Assembly: GCA_029288615.1 (NCBI GenBank)
Contig: JARIGV010000003.1
Span: 1,068-65,067 of the forward strand
DNA: 64,000 nucleotides
Direction of reading: 5' to 3'
From: Candidatus Tayloriibacteriota bacterium
GTDB taxonomy: Bacteria; Patescibacteriota; Minisyncoccia; Phycocordibacterales; CAIRYW01
Made by a program: the position numbers and the translations under genes. The notes under the pieces were generated by a model. It was not told where the DNA came from. It was given only the letters and a program-made list of their open reading frames with translations, and ran no database searches. Positions 20,073 through 29,417 of this stretch are shown here, piece by piece (position 1 is the stretch's first letter; every line of letters begins with the position of its first letter).

Positions 20073-21599
20073 ATGCAAAAATTAATTCACAATAGAGCAT
20101 TTGTTATCGGAGCAAGCGTCGTCTTAGGTCTCTTAAGCGCACTTGTCATTTTCTTACTATCAAATCAAAAACAAAATCTTGCGGTACAAGCGGCGGAAAA
20201 TCGCTCACTTATTGCAGCTGTGTCAGCGACTGGCCAAGTAAAAGCTTCTGAGGAAGTTGATCTTGCCTTTGGAAAATCTGGAACTATTGCAGCGGTGTAT
20301 GCTGATGTAGGACAAGCTGTAAGAAAAGGTCAGACGATCGCAGCTCTTCAAGCTGGAGATCTCCAAGGTCAACTTGCACAGGCAAAAGCAACACTCGCGC
20401 AGAATCAAATAAAATTAGACGAACTTCAAAATGCAGGATCTGCAAGTGCTTCATCTGATGTATCTGCATCGATTGCAAACAATCGTCAGACTGTTGCTGA
20501 TAAACTTCGCACAGCTTACACATCGCTCGATAGTGCTGAGAAACTTTACATCGACCAATTCTTCAAAAATCTTTCAACAAATCCAATCTTTGGTGCAACA
20601 ATAAGCCAGGGAAATGGTTCATACACAATCCAACCTCAGGATGCAAACCTTGAACAGAAAATAAACGGTGAACGAGAAGACCTCGATCGAGCACTTTCTT
20701 CATGGGCAGATGCAAATAAAAATCTAAACGATGACAACTCAATCCAGGCAGCAGAAAATCAGGCAACGATTGCAATCAATGCGGCCGGCGCTCTCCTTTC
20801 TGACATCGCTGACGTTCTCAATTCATATACCCCTTCTGATGCAACAAGCAAAGCTGTATATGACTCATATCGCGCAAACGTAGCAACAGCTCGTGCTGCA
20901 GTAGACAGCGCATCAAGTGGAATTCTTACTGCAAAAGAAGCATATACAAGTGCACAAAGCGCAGTCGGCCCATATTCAATTTCTCTTGCACAGGCAAATG
21001 TTCAAAATGCACAAGGTGCAGTGCAAATTATTCAGGCTCAAATCCAGAATGCTGTGATCGTGGCTCCTTTTGATGGTGTCGTAAGCAGACAGGATGCAAA
21101 AGTAGGTCAGACCGCATCACCAGGACAAACACTTGTTGGTGTTATCTCAAATCAAAAATTTGAAGTAGACGCACAAATCGCTGAAAATGATATTGGAAAA
21201 ATTGCTGTTGGACAAAATGCAAAGATTTCTCTCGACACATACGGTCCAAGCGTTCTCTTCGATGCTTCAGTTTCACAAATTGATCCTGCAGAAACAATCA
21301 CAGATGGTGTAGGTACATACAAAGTGACACTCACTTTCACAAATGATGATCCTCGTATTCACTCAGGAATGACAGCAAACGCTTCTATCATGATTGGTTC
21401 AAAAGATAATGCGCTTTCAGTTCCATCAAGCGCTATCATTCGAAAAGGATCTGATACATTTGTGCTCGTAGAAAACCCTGACAAAACTTTTGCTGAGAAA
21501 CAGGTCGTGGTCGGTATTGAAAGCACAGACGGCTGGAGTGAAATTACTTCGGGACTTAACCAAGGAGACATGATTGCAACATTTGGTAACAATCACTAA
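20073..21599 (+). CDS. Efflux membrane-fusion (adaptor) protein with a long alpha-hairpin
   Basis: G.IAAVYADVGQAVRKGQ lipoyl half, IVAPFDGVV, GMTA, VPSSAI. Confidence 0.88.
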   Translation: MQKLIHNRAFVIGASVVLGLLSALVIFLLSNQKQNLAVQAAENRSLIAAVSATGQVKASEEVDLAFGKSGTIAAVYADVGQAVRKGQTIAALQAGDLQGQLAQAKATLAQNQIKLDELQNAGSASASSDVSASIANNRQTVADKLRTAYTSLDSAEKLYIDQFFKNLSTNPIFGATISQGNGSYTIQPQDANLEQKINGEREDLDRALSSWADANKNLNDDNSIQAAENQATIAINAAGALLSDIADVLNSYTPSDATSKAVYDSYRANVATARAAVDSASSGILTAKEAYTSAQSAVGPYSISLAQANVQNAQGAVQIIQAQIQNAVIVAPFDGVVSRQDAKVGQTASPGQTLVGVISNQKFEVDAQIAENDIGKIAVGQNAKISLDTYGPSVLFDASVSQIDPAETITDGVGTYKVTLTFTNDDPRIHSGMTANASIMIGSKDNALSVPSSAIIRKGSDTFVLVENPDKTFAEKQVVVGIESTDGWSEITSGLNQGDMIATFGNNH

Positions 21600-21628
21600 T
21601 CAAGAATCAAAGCATCTAACACATCACT

Positions 21629-22339
21629 ATGGAAAACAACAAAGAAAATAATATGGAGAAAGATATTCTCAAAAAAGAAAATCAGATTCTTGGTGAAATA
21701 AAAAAAGAGGAGGAAAAACTCGAAAAAGTTGCAGCAAATGTCTGGGTTATCAATCTCATCTTTGCACTTCTTATTATCGGTGCGATCGCTGGATTTGCAT
21801 ACTGGAAAGTATCATCGGGCGTTATTTTTACTGATAAATCTGATATTGAAGGATCTGTCGCAGCTCTCTCTCCTACACAAAACGGTACGCTCGAACAAGT
21901 ATTCGTAAACACAGGTGACACTGTGACAGCAAATGAAGTAGTAGCACGTGTTGGTAATGAACTCATCAAAACAAAGACAGCAGGTATCGTATCAAATGTA
22001 GAAAATAATATCGGAAAGCAGGTTAATTCTGGTGAAGCTGTTGTATCAGTCATTGATCCAGCAACACTTCGACTTGTTGCACACATTGAAGAAGATAAAG
22101 GTCTTAAAGATATTGCGATCGGTGAACGAGCGGATTTCACAGTCGACAGCTTCCCTGGAAAAAAATATCAAGGAATTGTTGATGAAATTTCTCCTACATC
22201 GCGAAGCGGTGACATTGTCTTCAACATCTCTGACAAAAGACAGGTGCAGGAATTTGACGTAAAGGTGCGTTTCGACACGACAGCATATCCTGAACTCCAA
22301 AACGGAATGTCTGCGAAGGTTTCTATTTATAAACAGTAA
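21629..22339 (+). CDS. HlyD/EmrA-like adaptor protein lacking the alpha-hairpin
   Basis: Single TM, adjacent lipoyl halves, YQGIVDEISP, GMSAKV. Confidence 0.8.
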   Translation: MENNKENNMEKDILKKENQILGEIKKEEEKLEKVAANVWVINLIFALLIIGAIAGFAYWKVSSGVIFTDKSDIEGSVAALSPTQNGTLEQVFVNTGDTVTANEVVARVGNELIKTKTAGIVSNVENNIGKQVNSGEAVVSVIDPATLRLVAHIEEDKGLKDIAIGERADFTVDSFPGKKYQGIVDEISPTSRSGDIVFNISDKRQVQEFDVKVRFDTTAYPELQNGMSAKVSIYKQ

Positions 22340-22390
22340 TAAATCTGACCGCGTCGCAGCATTTTAATTGCGCGGTGCGACATTAATTCT

Positions 22391-23893
22391 ATGGCAGAAT
22401 CCTGGGGAAAAACAGAACATGGAATTCCAAAATGGATGGTCCTTCTTACAGTGATCGTCGGTACTTTCCTTGGTCGTCTCGACCAAACGATTGTTAACCT
22501 CGCACTCCCAAAGATCATTAGTGACTTTTCTATTTCTGTTTCTGCTGCCGGCTGGATCGCAACTGCTTACATTCTTGCAAACGCAATCTTCGTACCAATC
22601 TGGGGAAAGCTTGGTGACACCATCGGTCGTAAAAAAGTGTACATCTGGGGATTTGCGATCTTTATTGTTGGTTCTGTACTCGCAGGTCTTGCATGGAATC
22701 TTCCTTCGATGATTGCGTTTCGAATCATTCAAGCGATTGCCGGATCAGCTGACTATCCTACCGCCATGGCTATTCTTGCTGTGACATTTAAAGAAGGAAA
22801 AGAGCGTTCACAAGCTCTCGGTATTTGGTCTTCATCTTTTGCAGCAGCGTCTGTATTCGGCCCCCTCATCGGTGGACCACTCATCGATAATTTCGGATGG
22901 CGTTCAGTCTTTCTTGTAAACCTTCCTGTCGGTCTTATCGGTCTTGGAATGGCGCTCACGTATATTCATGAATCAGTTATTCCGAATGCAAAAGCAAAAT
23001 TCGACTGGTGGGGTGCGATTACTCTTGGAGGCGCATTGGCAGCACTCGTTCTTGTGCTCGATCAAGGTGTCGATTGGGGTTGGGTGTCGTTCAATAGTAT
23101 TCTCTCTTATCTTATTATTCTCGGATTTGGAATTGCCTTTTACTTTATCGAAAAGAAACATCCGGAGCCGATCGTCGACCTCAAGTTTTTCAAAAACAGC
23201 ATTTTCGTCGGTGCACTCGTGAACAACTTCATTGTATTCATGGGTATGATGGGCAGCATTTTCCTTATTCCAATTTACGCTCAAACTTTCATGGGTTACG
23301 ACGCTACGCAGGCCGGTTTCCTTTTCGTGCCGATGGCAGTCGCACTTATGATTGCAGCACCAATTGGAGGAAACCTTATCGGAAAATTCGAGCCGCGGTA
23401 TGTGATCGCTTTCTCTACTTTGGTTGCCGCTGTCGGACTTTATTTCTTCTCATGGCTTGATCCACGCTCTGGAGCATGGGCAATTATGATCCCTCTTTCA
23501 ATCATGGCATTTGGTCTCGGTTTTGGAATGGCACAACGAACAGGAGTGATTGCCGCTGCCGTGGATCCACACGAGATCGGTATCGCTTCATCTGTTCTTG
23601 CGCTTGTGCGAAATATTTCTGGAGCATTCGGTATCGCAATCTTTGCAACCATTCTCAACAGCTTCACTGAAAGCAATGTCCTTTCAATTACAAGACAAAG
23701 TCTTCTACATCTCACCGACCCAACTCAATACAAAGAAGCAATTGCACTCATTAGTCTTAAAGCACAGATTGAAGCATATGGAGAAATATTCCTTATCTCA
23801 GCAGCACTTCTTCTTGTAGGTGCCATCATCGCGCTCTTTATGCGCGTCGAGAAAAATAAAATGGATCCCGAAGTTGAGATTTTTGTGGAGTAA
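22391..23893 (+). CDS. DHA2 (EmrB/QacA) 14-TM MFS efflux permease
   Basis: LDQTIVNLALP, GKLGDTIGRK, GP.IGG, WRSVFLVNLPVG. Confidence 0.93.
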   Translation: MAESWGKTEHGIPKWMVLLTVIVGTFLGRLDQTIVNLALPKIISDFSISVSAAGWIATAYILANAIFVPIWGKLGDTIGRKKVYIWGFAIFIVGSVLAGLAWNLPSMIAFRIIQAIAGSADYPTAMAILAVTFKEGKERSQALGIWSSSFAAASVFGPLIGGPLIDNFGWRSVFLVNLPVGLIGLGMALTYIHESVIPNAKAKFDWWGAITLGGALAALVLVLDQGVDWGWVSFNSILSYLIILGFGIAFYFIEKKHPEPIVDLKFFKNSIFVGALVNNFIVFMGMMGSIFLIPIYAQTFMGYDATQAGFLFVPMAVALMIAAPIGGNLIGKFEPRYVIAFSTLVAAVGLYFFSWLDPRSGAWAIMIPLSIMAFGLGFGMAQRTGVIAAAVDPHEIGIASSVLALVRNISGAFGIAIFATILNSFTESNVLSITRQSLLHLTDPTQYKEAIALISLKAQIEAYGEIFLISAALLLVGAIIALFMRVEKNKMDPEVEIFVE

Positions 23894-23912
23894 AACAAGT
23901 CAATTTCTATAT

Positions 23913-23940
23913 TTGACTTTGTAAAAATTCGTGTCATTAT
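23913..23940 (+). promoter_or_regulatory. Sigma70 promoter for the Bax-inhibitor gene
   Basis: TTGACT-N16-CATTAT with TG extension; -35 lies in the AAGTCAA/TTGACTT inverted repeat. Confidence 0.55.
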
Positions 23941-23949
23941 GACGCTAGT

Positions 23950-24048
23950 CGTCCTCTGTTTTAGGTTAACTTACAAGAGGCTGAAAGGGTGTTTAAATTC
24001 CTTTTCAGCTTCTTGAGAAGCAAAACCATCGAAACAGACATAAACCTA
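23950..24048 (+). ncRNA. Candidate structured 5' leader (cis-regulatory RNA)
   Basis: 16-bp stem 23974-23989/24000-24015 (2 G-U) enclosed by 23955-23967/24024-24038. Confidence 0.45.
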
Positions 24049-24725
24049 TGGCAAATGCAATCAGCACTGGGGTCTTTGACCGCAGTGGATCAGACGAAGT
24101 CAGTGCGCAATCCTTCTATGGAGCGCTCACCCTTTCACTTCTGTGGGGGCTTATCGGAACTGCCGTGATCGCACACAAAGCGATCGAAATGCACTACAAT
24201 CCGACTTTGATGGGAATCATCATGCTCGGTCTGGTGGTACCCATTATCGGCATTCTTATCGCCGTGAACAGCGACAACCCGATACTCTCATTTATCGGCT
24301 ACAACATGATCGTGGTGCCCTTCGGCATAATCATCGGCCCAGCAGTCAACCACTACAGTCCAGACGTTGTGCGAAACGCTTTCGCTTTGACAGCGATGAT
24401 CACCTTCTTCATGGGCTTTATGGGAACTTGCTTCCCAGGGCTCTTTAAGAAAATGGGCGCACCGCTTTTCCTGGCACTCGGCGGACTCGTCATGGTCCGG
24501 TTCGCGCAGCTCTTCATCCCTGAACTCGCACACTTGCGTGTCGTTGATTACATCGGAGCGGGAATCTTCTCGCTCTACATCGGCTACGACATGTATCGCG
24601 CCAGTGAAGTTGCGAAAACCCTCGACAACGCCGTCGATATTTCGGTTGATCTCTATCTCGACATCATCAATCTCTTCCTGAATCTCCTAGAAATCCTAGG
24701 CAGCAGCGAAGAGGACGACGATTAA
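24048..24725 (+). CDS. Bax inhibitor-1/YccA family membrane protein
   Basis: 7 TM, FSLYIGYD, LYLDIINLFLNLL; GC-rich (37/60 G+C at 24481-24540). Confidence 0.9.
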   Translation: MANAISTGVFDRSGSDEVSAQSFYGALTLSLLWGLIGTAVIAHKAIEMHYNPTLMGIIMLGLVVPIIGILIAVNSDNPILSFIGYNMIVVPFGIIIGPAVNHYSPDVVRNAFALTAMITFFMGFMGTCFPGLFKKMGAPLFLALGGLVMVRFAQLFIPELAHLRVVDYIGAGIFSLYIGYDMYRASEVAKTLDNAVDISVDLYLDIINLFLNLLEILGSSEEDDD

Positions 24726-24746
24726 GAGTTAAGAAATCACATTACA

Positions 24747-24774
24747 AGGAGCTTTAAAGCTCCTATTTTTATTT
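24747..24774 (+). terminator. Short hairpin with AT tail (recurrent type)
   Basis: AGGAGCT-TTAA-AGCTCCT-ATTTTTATTT. Confidence 0.7.
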
Positions 24775-25330
24775 AAAATTTCCCTCCGCAGGTGGTTGGA
24801 TTCCAAAGGCCTGCATTTGCCGCTCTCGCCTCACTCTCCTTCTCTTTAAAATCACTTTGATATTCATACGGCACATCGTATGTATATTCATATGCGTATC
24901 CATTCGCAATCATAAATTCATTGAAAAATATTCCATCGTTGGTGTGAGCATATGCAAGAAGTCGTCCGTATTTATCATACTTTGATTGCGTCGGGTCTGA
25001 TTCAAGAAGAACTTTCTTTCCTTCAAGAATTTTCTTTGCTTCATCGCTCGCTTGTTTACCAAAACATTGCACCGGTTTCCGAGGATCGACAGTCTCTGGC
25101 GTGTTAATACCAATGAGGCGTACTTTTTCTTCTTTTCCATCGACGCTCGCAACGAAAGTATCACCATCAACAACTCGAACCACATCATAATATTCTCCTG
25201 TTGATGTAGCTGTCTGAGACGATGCAACACCTCCTGACGGAAAATATCCAAGTTTCCACAAAATCAAAACGAGCACGCACGCAAAAATCAGAGAAAAAAT
25301 TTTATTCTTTTCCCTAGTCGTTAAGTACAT
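24773..25330 (-). CDS. Thermonuclease (SNase) family protein, membrane-anchored
   Basis: VVDGDT, VRLIGINTPE, DKYGRLLAY, GLW; start taken at ATG 25330. Confidence 0.92.
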   Translation of the reverse strand: MYLTTREKNKIFSLIFACVLVLILWKLGYFPSGGVASSQTATSTGEYYDVVRVVDGDTFVASVDGKEEKVRLIGINTPETVDPRKPVQCFGKQASDEAKKILEGKKVLLESDPTQSKYDKYGRLLAYAHTNDGIFFNEFMIANGYAYEYTYDVPYEYQSDFKEKESEARAANAGLWNPTTCGGKF

Positions 25331-26150
25331 ACAAATCCTGATATCCACCTTCTCCGACAAACTTTGCTTTTCCAGAAATGATCGCTTCAAAAGGTTTACA
25401 TGCAAAACATCCGCCGCGAGGACATTCAAAAACTCCAAGCTCTCTCGCCTCTTTTACTTTTTTTGCAGTCTCAAGGACTCGTCGTCTCGATTCATTTTCG
25501 TCAGGAAGTTGTACATCTTTTGGAGTATCGTCGCGATCGAGATACCAATAGCTCGCTCCAGAAATTTTTCTTTTCTGAAGTTCTTTTGCGAGAAGAAGAT
25601 AGATTGGAAGCTGGAGAGAATCCTCACTTTCATCGTGTCGTCCAGTTTTAAAATCAAGAATTTTGACACTATCATCTTCTGGCACATATTCGAGCCAGTC
25701 GATCTTACCGCAAAGAATAATGTTGTCGTCAGAGGAAATGAAAAAATTCGGCGGCATCCCATTTGCTGATTCTTTAAGCTTCACAGCCTTATTGAGAAGT
25801 GGTCCAGGATGCCTAGCGACTCGTTCGATCATTTCTTTCGCTCTTTTCTTATACTCTGCTTCTTCTTCTGGATTTTTAAATCCACCGCGCACACCAGTCA
25901 CCTTTTGCCATGCAACTTCAAGGTCCGCTAAAAGATCGCGATGAAAGCGCTCTTCCGCCTTAAAATTTCCAAGACCTTCCACCACCTCGTGCACAGCAAG
26001 TCCCAAAGAAAGCTGTGGCGTCACGATATTTATTTTTCGTCTTGACTTCGGATCTTTATAGATATTCTTAAGAAAATACGCGCGGGGGCATTTCAGAAAA
26101 TCTCCCATTGAGGAGTGAGACACCCATACCGCGCTGTATTTATCTTGCAT
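25314..26150 (-). CDS. PD-(D/E)XK nuclease (AddB/Cas4-like)
   Basis: S.S...CP, G.AVH, GKID, ILDFKTG, QL.IY, C-terminal CPRGGCFAC. Confidence 0.88.
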   Translation of the reverse strand: MQDKYSAVWVSHSSMGDFLKCPRAYFLKNIYKDPKSRRKINIVTPQLSLGLAVHEVVEGLGNFKAEERFHRDLLADLEVAWQKVTGVRGGFKNPEEEAEYKKRAKEMIERVARHPGPLLNKAVKLKESANGMPPNFFISSDDNIILCGKIDWLEYVPEDDSVKILDFKTGRHDESEDSLQLPIYLLLAKELQKRKISGASYWYLDRDDTPKDVQLPDENESRRRVLETAKKVKEARELGVFECPRGGCFACKPFEAIISGKAKFVGEGGYQDLYVLND

Positions 26151-26172
26151 CGAACAAAAATTATTTACGAAT

Positions 26173-26901
26173 TTATTTAAGTGTAAATGTTACACCACCA
26201 CTTGTCGCACCCGAAGCGTTTGTCACACTCACAATATATGTGCCGCGCTCTACAGGAATCGAGATAGGACCTGTCGTAATATATGAAGGAATCGTGAGAG
26301 AAATTGTTGTGCCGCCATTTGTAGATGCAACACCAGCTATCTGACCCTTAGCACCAAAATACACATTCACAGTGTTGTTATTTGCACTGAAGCCTGTGCC
26401 ATGGATCGTGATCGTGTCACCAATAGAAGCAGATGTTGGAGAAATCGATGAAAGAGTTACAGAGGATGATACAGATCCGCTCACACTTGCATTTGTACCA
26501 GCAGACGCAGAACCACTTGAAGTTTGTGCAGACCCAGTCACAGTTGTTTTTACAGTAGCAGAACCTGGAGCAGTATTTATTGATCCACCATTTGCAGATG
26601 TTCCGTAGTTTATGCTTGCAGAAGTACCATTTGTACCAAGATGAACTCCTCCTACGTCAATTGAGGCCGAATTACCGTCAGATGAAACCGCTGTGTTTCC
26701 TGATACAACCTGACTTCCTTGATCGTCTCCATTTTGCTGTTCATTTCCTTGAGCTGTAACTTCAGTATTCGCATTTACATCTGTTTTAGCTGTCCCACCA
26801 AAAGCTCCGCTTTTAACAGCTACATATGTAGCACCTCCTCCAAGCGCGAGCGCTACAAGCACAGCAATGAGAATTCCGATAAAACCTTGATTCTTTTTCA
26901 T
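26173..26901 (-). CDS. Surface protein with pilin-like N-terminus and IPT/TIG domain
   Basis: MKKNQGFI.. prepilin-like start; ISPTSASIGDTITIHGTGF. Confidence 0.75.
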   Translation of the reverse strand: MKKNQGFIGILIAVLVALALGGGATYVAVKSGAFGGTAKTDVNANTEVTAQGNEQQNGDDQGSQVVSGNTAVSSDGNSASIDVGGVHLGTNGTSASINYGTSANGGSINTAPGSATVKTTVTGSAQTSSGSASAGTNASVSGSVSSSVTLSSISPTSASIGDTITIHGTGFSANNNTVNVYFGAKGQIAGVASTNGGTTISLTIPSYITTGPISIPVERGTYIVSVTNASGATSGGVTFTLK

Positions 26902-26972
26902 AAAGTTAAAAAATAGTCGTCTTCTAAACTGACAATACTTATTCTAGCACGGAAGAAATTACAAGGTATAAT

Positions 26973-27224
26973 ATGCTTATGAACATCATCGTATATACAA
27001 AAACAAACTGTCCTTGGGCAAAACAAGTAATAGATTTTCTTAATGATAAGAAAATACCATTTGAAGAGCGCGACATTTACAAGAACCCTGATTGGAAAAA
27101 AGAAGTAGAAGAAAAAACCGGCCAATCTAAATCACCAACTCTCGACATCGACGGACATTTTCTTCCCGATTCAGATGCAAAACAAGTAGAAAGTTACCTC
27201 AAAGAAAAAGGAGTATTGAACTAA
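26973..27224 (+). CDS. Glutaredoxin-like protein (single Cys, CPWA)
   Basis: VYTKTNCPWA, TGQ.K.P.L.IDG. Confidence 0.85.
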   Translation: MLMNIIVYTKTNCPWAKQVIDFLNDKKIPFEERDIYKNPDWKKEVEEKTGQSKSPTLDIDGHFLPDSDAKQVESYLKEKGVLN

Positions 27225-27631
27225 AGCACAACCGCCGTCTTTGATCTTGTAATCTTCGGGATTTTCTCTACCGGGATAATTCTCACCTGCACAGATTCTT
27301 TTCCTTCCATATATGCTTTCGCGAGCCTATGTACCCCATCAAGGAGTCTGAATTTTCCGTTATGCTCTACCGCATCTAGCGGATACGAAAGATCAGCATT
27401 TTTGATCATTTCGAAGTGAAGCGGATTAAGCTCAGGTTTTTCAATAAGCTCTCTTGGGCTCAGATTGAAATCATCAGTTCCAGTGATATCCCAAAACGGC
27501 TCATCCATGTGCCACATGAGATCTGATATACGGATCAAAATAACAGGCGCTTCAACTTTCCATACGTCACGGGCATCCCATTCGAAGCCAATATTAAGAT
27601 GTGCTGGTATGTCTTTAGAGATTCTCTTCAT
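27221..27631 (-). CDS. ParB/Sulfiredoxin-like fold protein
   Basis: ADLSYPL...LLDGVHRLAKA; start taken at ATG 27631. Confidence 0.65.
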   Translation of the reverse strand: MKRISKDIPAHLNIGFEWDARDVWKVEAPVILIRISDLMWHMDEPFWDITGTDDFNLSPRELIEKPELNPLHFEMIKNADLSYPLDAVEHNGKFRLLDGVHRLAKAYMEGKESVQVRIIPVEKIPKITRSKTAVVL

Positions 27632-27667
27632 ACTTTCGGGGACGAAAAAATATGAATTACCTGACAA

Positions 27668-29320
27668 TTAAAGAAAGAGTTTTGCAAGTCTTATTTCAAA
27701 GAATGAAAAATTCGGACCAAGTATTGTTTTTACAGGTGAAAGTCTTCCTTCTTTATCTTTTGCTAAAGATTTTTTCCATGCTTCCGAGATTTTCTTAAAG
27801 CGAGTCGGTGGCAAATAAATATTCTTAAGGTAGAGAATGTCTATTTTTTCTCCTTCTTCAGTAAGCTTTTCAATATGTGAAAGCACTGTTTCTTTTGTAA
27901 GACCTCTCTCTTCAGCAATTTTCTCAAGTGATTTTTTCTCTTCGATGAGCTTCCATGTCTTATGATGTGTCGGCACTTCTTTTTCCTTTTTCACTTTCCC
28001 TAAAGAATTTTTAGAGACAAATTCTTCCTGCATTTTATCTATTTCTTTCTTTCCAGTTTCTTCAAGCCAACTTTCTGATTTCCCCGATTCTTTTCTAAAT
28101 GTTCGGTCCATGTCATGCGCTTCAGGATGGACAAGAAGAGCTGTCTTATTAAAACCCTTGAGTGAAAGCCCTTCAAGACGTCTCACACGTGAAAGCGCCA
28201 CATATCCCATGCCTGGTGTAAAAGAGCGAGAGAGGTCAATCCGTGCCGCATCAAGGCTCATTCCTTGGCTTTTGTGTATTGTAATTGCCCACGCCAAACG
28301 AAGCGGAATCTGTCTTATTTCCGCTCGGATTTTTCCATCTTCTTCAATTCTCCAGCTTTCTGGCACAACCGTAATTTTTCGAGAGTCTAAAGTTTTTACG
28401 ATTGGATTTCCGATATCATCAAAATCTACCACCTCACCAAGTGTTCCGTTCGAATACCCCTTATCAAAAGAATTTTTAACAAACATCACTTTCGCTCCAT
28501 ATTTAAGGAAAAGTCTTTCCGGTGCGAGACAGCTTTTTATAAGAGCCTCAACGAGTCGTGCATTCCCTTTTCTATCCATTTCATACACTTTTTCTCTGCC
28601 TCCAATTTTCGAAAGCTCTGTTTCGTTGAGTTCATCGACATTTATATTGTGTGTCGAAAGTTCTGTTGCAAAAGGTACAGCAAGCTCTTTTCCAACTCGC
28701 TCTTTAAGATGCGAAATAATTTCTTCAGTTACAGAATTTTCACGGATCGCATTAAGAACAGAAAGAAACACCGCATCATCTTGTCGATGAGATTCAGTAA
28801 GATAACAAATTCTAAAATTCATATCCTTCCAGATCTTTGATCTGTATGCGAAATGTCCTTCAGTTTCTCCCGGACGTGAGATCGGCGGGAGCTGGAAGAA
28901 ATCTCCACAGAGTACCACCTGAAGTCCGCCGAAAGGTTTATCGTTTCTTTTGAAGAATTTGCAAAGAGTGTCGAGAAGATCGAAACGAAAATGATGAAGC
29001 ATCGAGATCTCATCAATAATAAGCACTCTCGCCTCTTCATATCTTTTCCAAAGATGTTTTTTTGTCTCAAGATCATCGAGATCTCGTTCTGAAAGCGAGT
29101 CTTTGATGCCAAGCCCGCTCCATGCATGAATCGTCACGCCGCCAAGATGCGTCGCAGCAATCCCCGTCGATGCAGTCACCGCAACAGGAATTCCTTTTTC
29201 TTCCAAGTACGAAATATAAGCTCGAAGTGTGTGCGTCTTACCGCTTCCCGCCGCTCCTGTAAGAAAAACATTCTTTCCAGTCTTTAAAATTGTTAGTGCA
29301 TCAGCGCTTGTCATTGGCAA
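27668..29320 (-). CDS. PIF1-family (SF1B) DNA helicase with C-terminal HTH
   Basis: GAAGSGKT, IDEISM, GDFFQLPP, AITIHKSQG, YVALSR; IAEERGL..ETV.SH. Confidence 0.93.
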   Translation of the reverse strand: MPMTSADALTILKTGKNVFLTGAAGSGKTHTLRAYISYLEEKGIPVAVTASTGIAATHLGGVTIHAWSGLGIKDSLSERDLDDLETKKHLWKRYEEARVLIIDEISMLHHFRFDLLDTLCKFFKRNDKPFGGLQVVLCGDFFQLPPISRPGETEGHFAYRSKIWKDMNFRICYLTESHRQDDAVFLSVLNAIRENSVTEEIISHLKERVGKELAVPFATELSTHNINVDELNETELSKIGGREKVYEMDRKGNARLVEALIKSCLAPERLFLKYGAKVMFVKNSFDKGYSNGTLGEVVDFDDIGNPIVKTLDSRKITVVPESWRIEEDGKIRAEIRQIPLRLAWAITIHKSQGMSLDAARIDLSRSFTPGMGYVALSRVRRLEGLSLKGFNKTALLVHPEAHDMDRTFRKESGKSESWLEETGKKEIDKMQEEFVSKNSLGKVKKEKEVPTHHKTWKLIEEKKSLEKIAEERGLTKETVLSHIEKLTEEGEKIDILYLKNIYLPPTRFKKISEAWKKSLAKDKEGRLSPVKTILGPNFSFFEIRLAKLFL

Positions 29321-29362
29321 AAGTATAGCTTTTTTTGTAATAGAAAATCTACTCGGGTTTAA

Positions 29363-29390
29363 TTGACAATGCTCAGAAAAAGTTTAGATT
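29363..29390 (+). promoter_or_regulatory. Sigma70 promoter for the 29418 orphan gene
   Basis: TTGACA-N16-TAGATT. Confidence 0.6.
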
Positions 29391-29417
29391 TGTCACAGCG
29401 CAGCCATTTCCATCACT

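Noticed and set aside
25314..26150. Cas4 as part of a CRISPR-Cas locus
   Set aside because: No cas1, cas2 or array nearby; better described as a solo AddB-like nuclease.
26896..26921. Sixth ECF promoter (TTTCAT-N16-CGTC) before the glutaredoxin gene
   Set aside because: It lacks the G shared by the other five -35 elements, overlaps a start codon, and a TATAAT sits directly before the gene.
28110..28790. Long antisense ORFs (also 18679-19236, 47136-47714 and 51075-51623)
   Set aside because: They shadow well-supported genes on the opposite strand and show no recognisable motifs.
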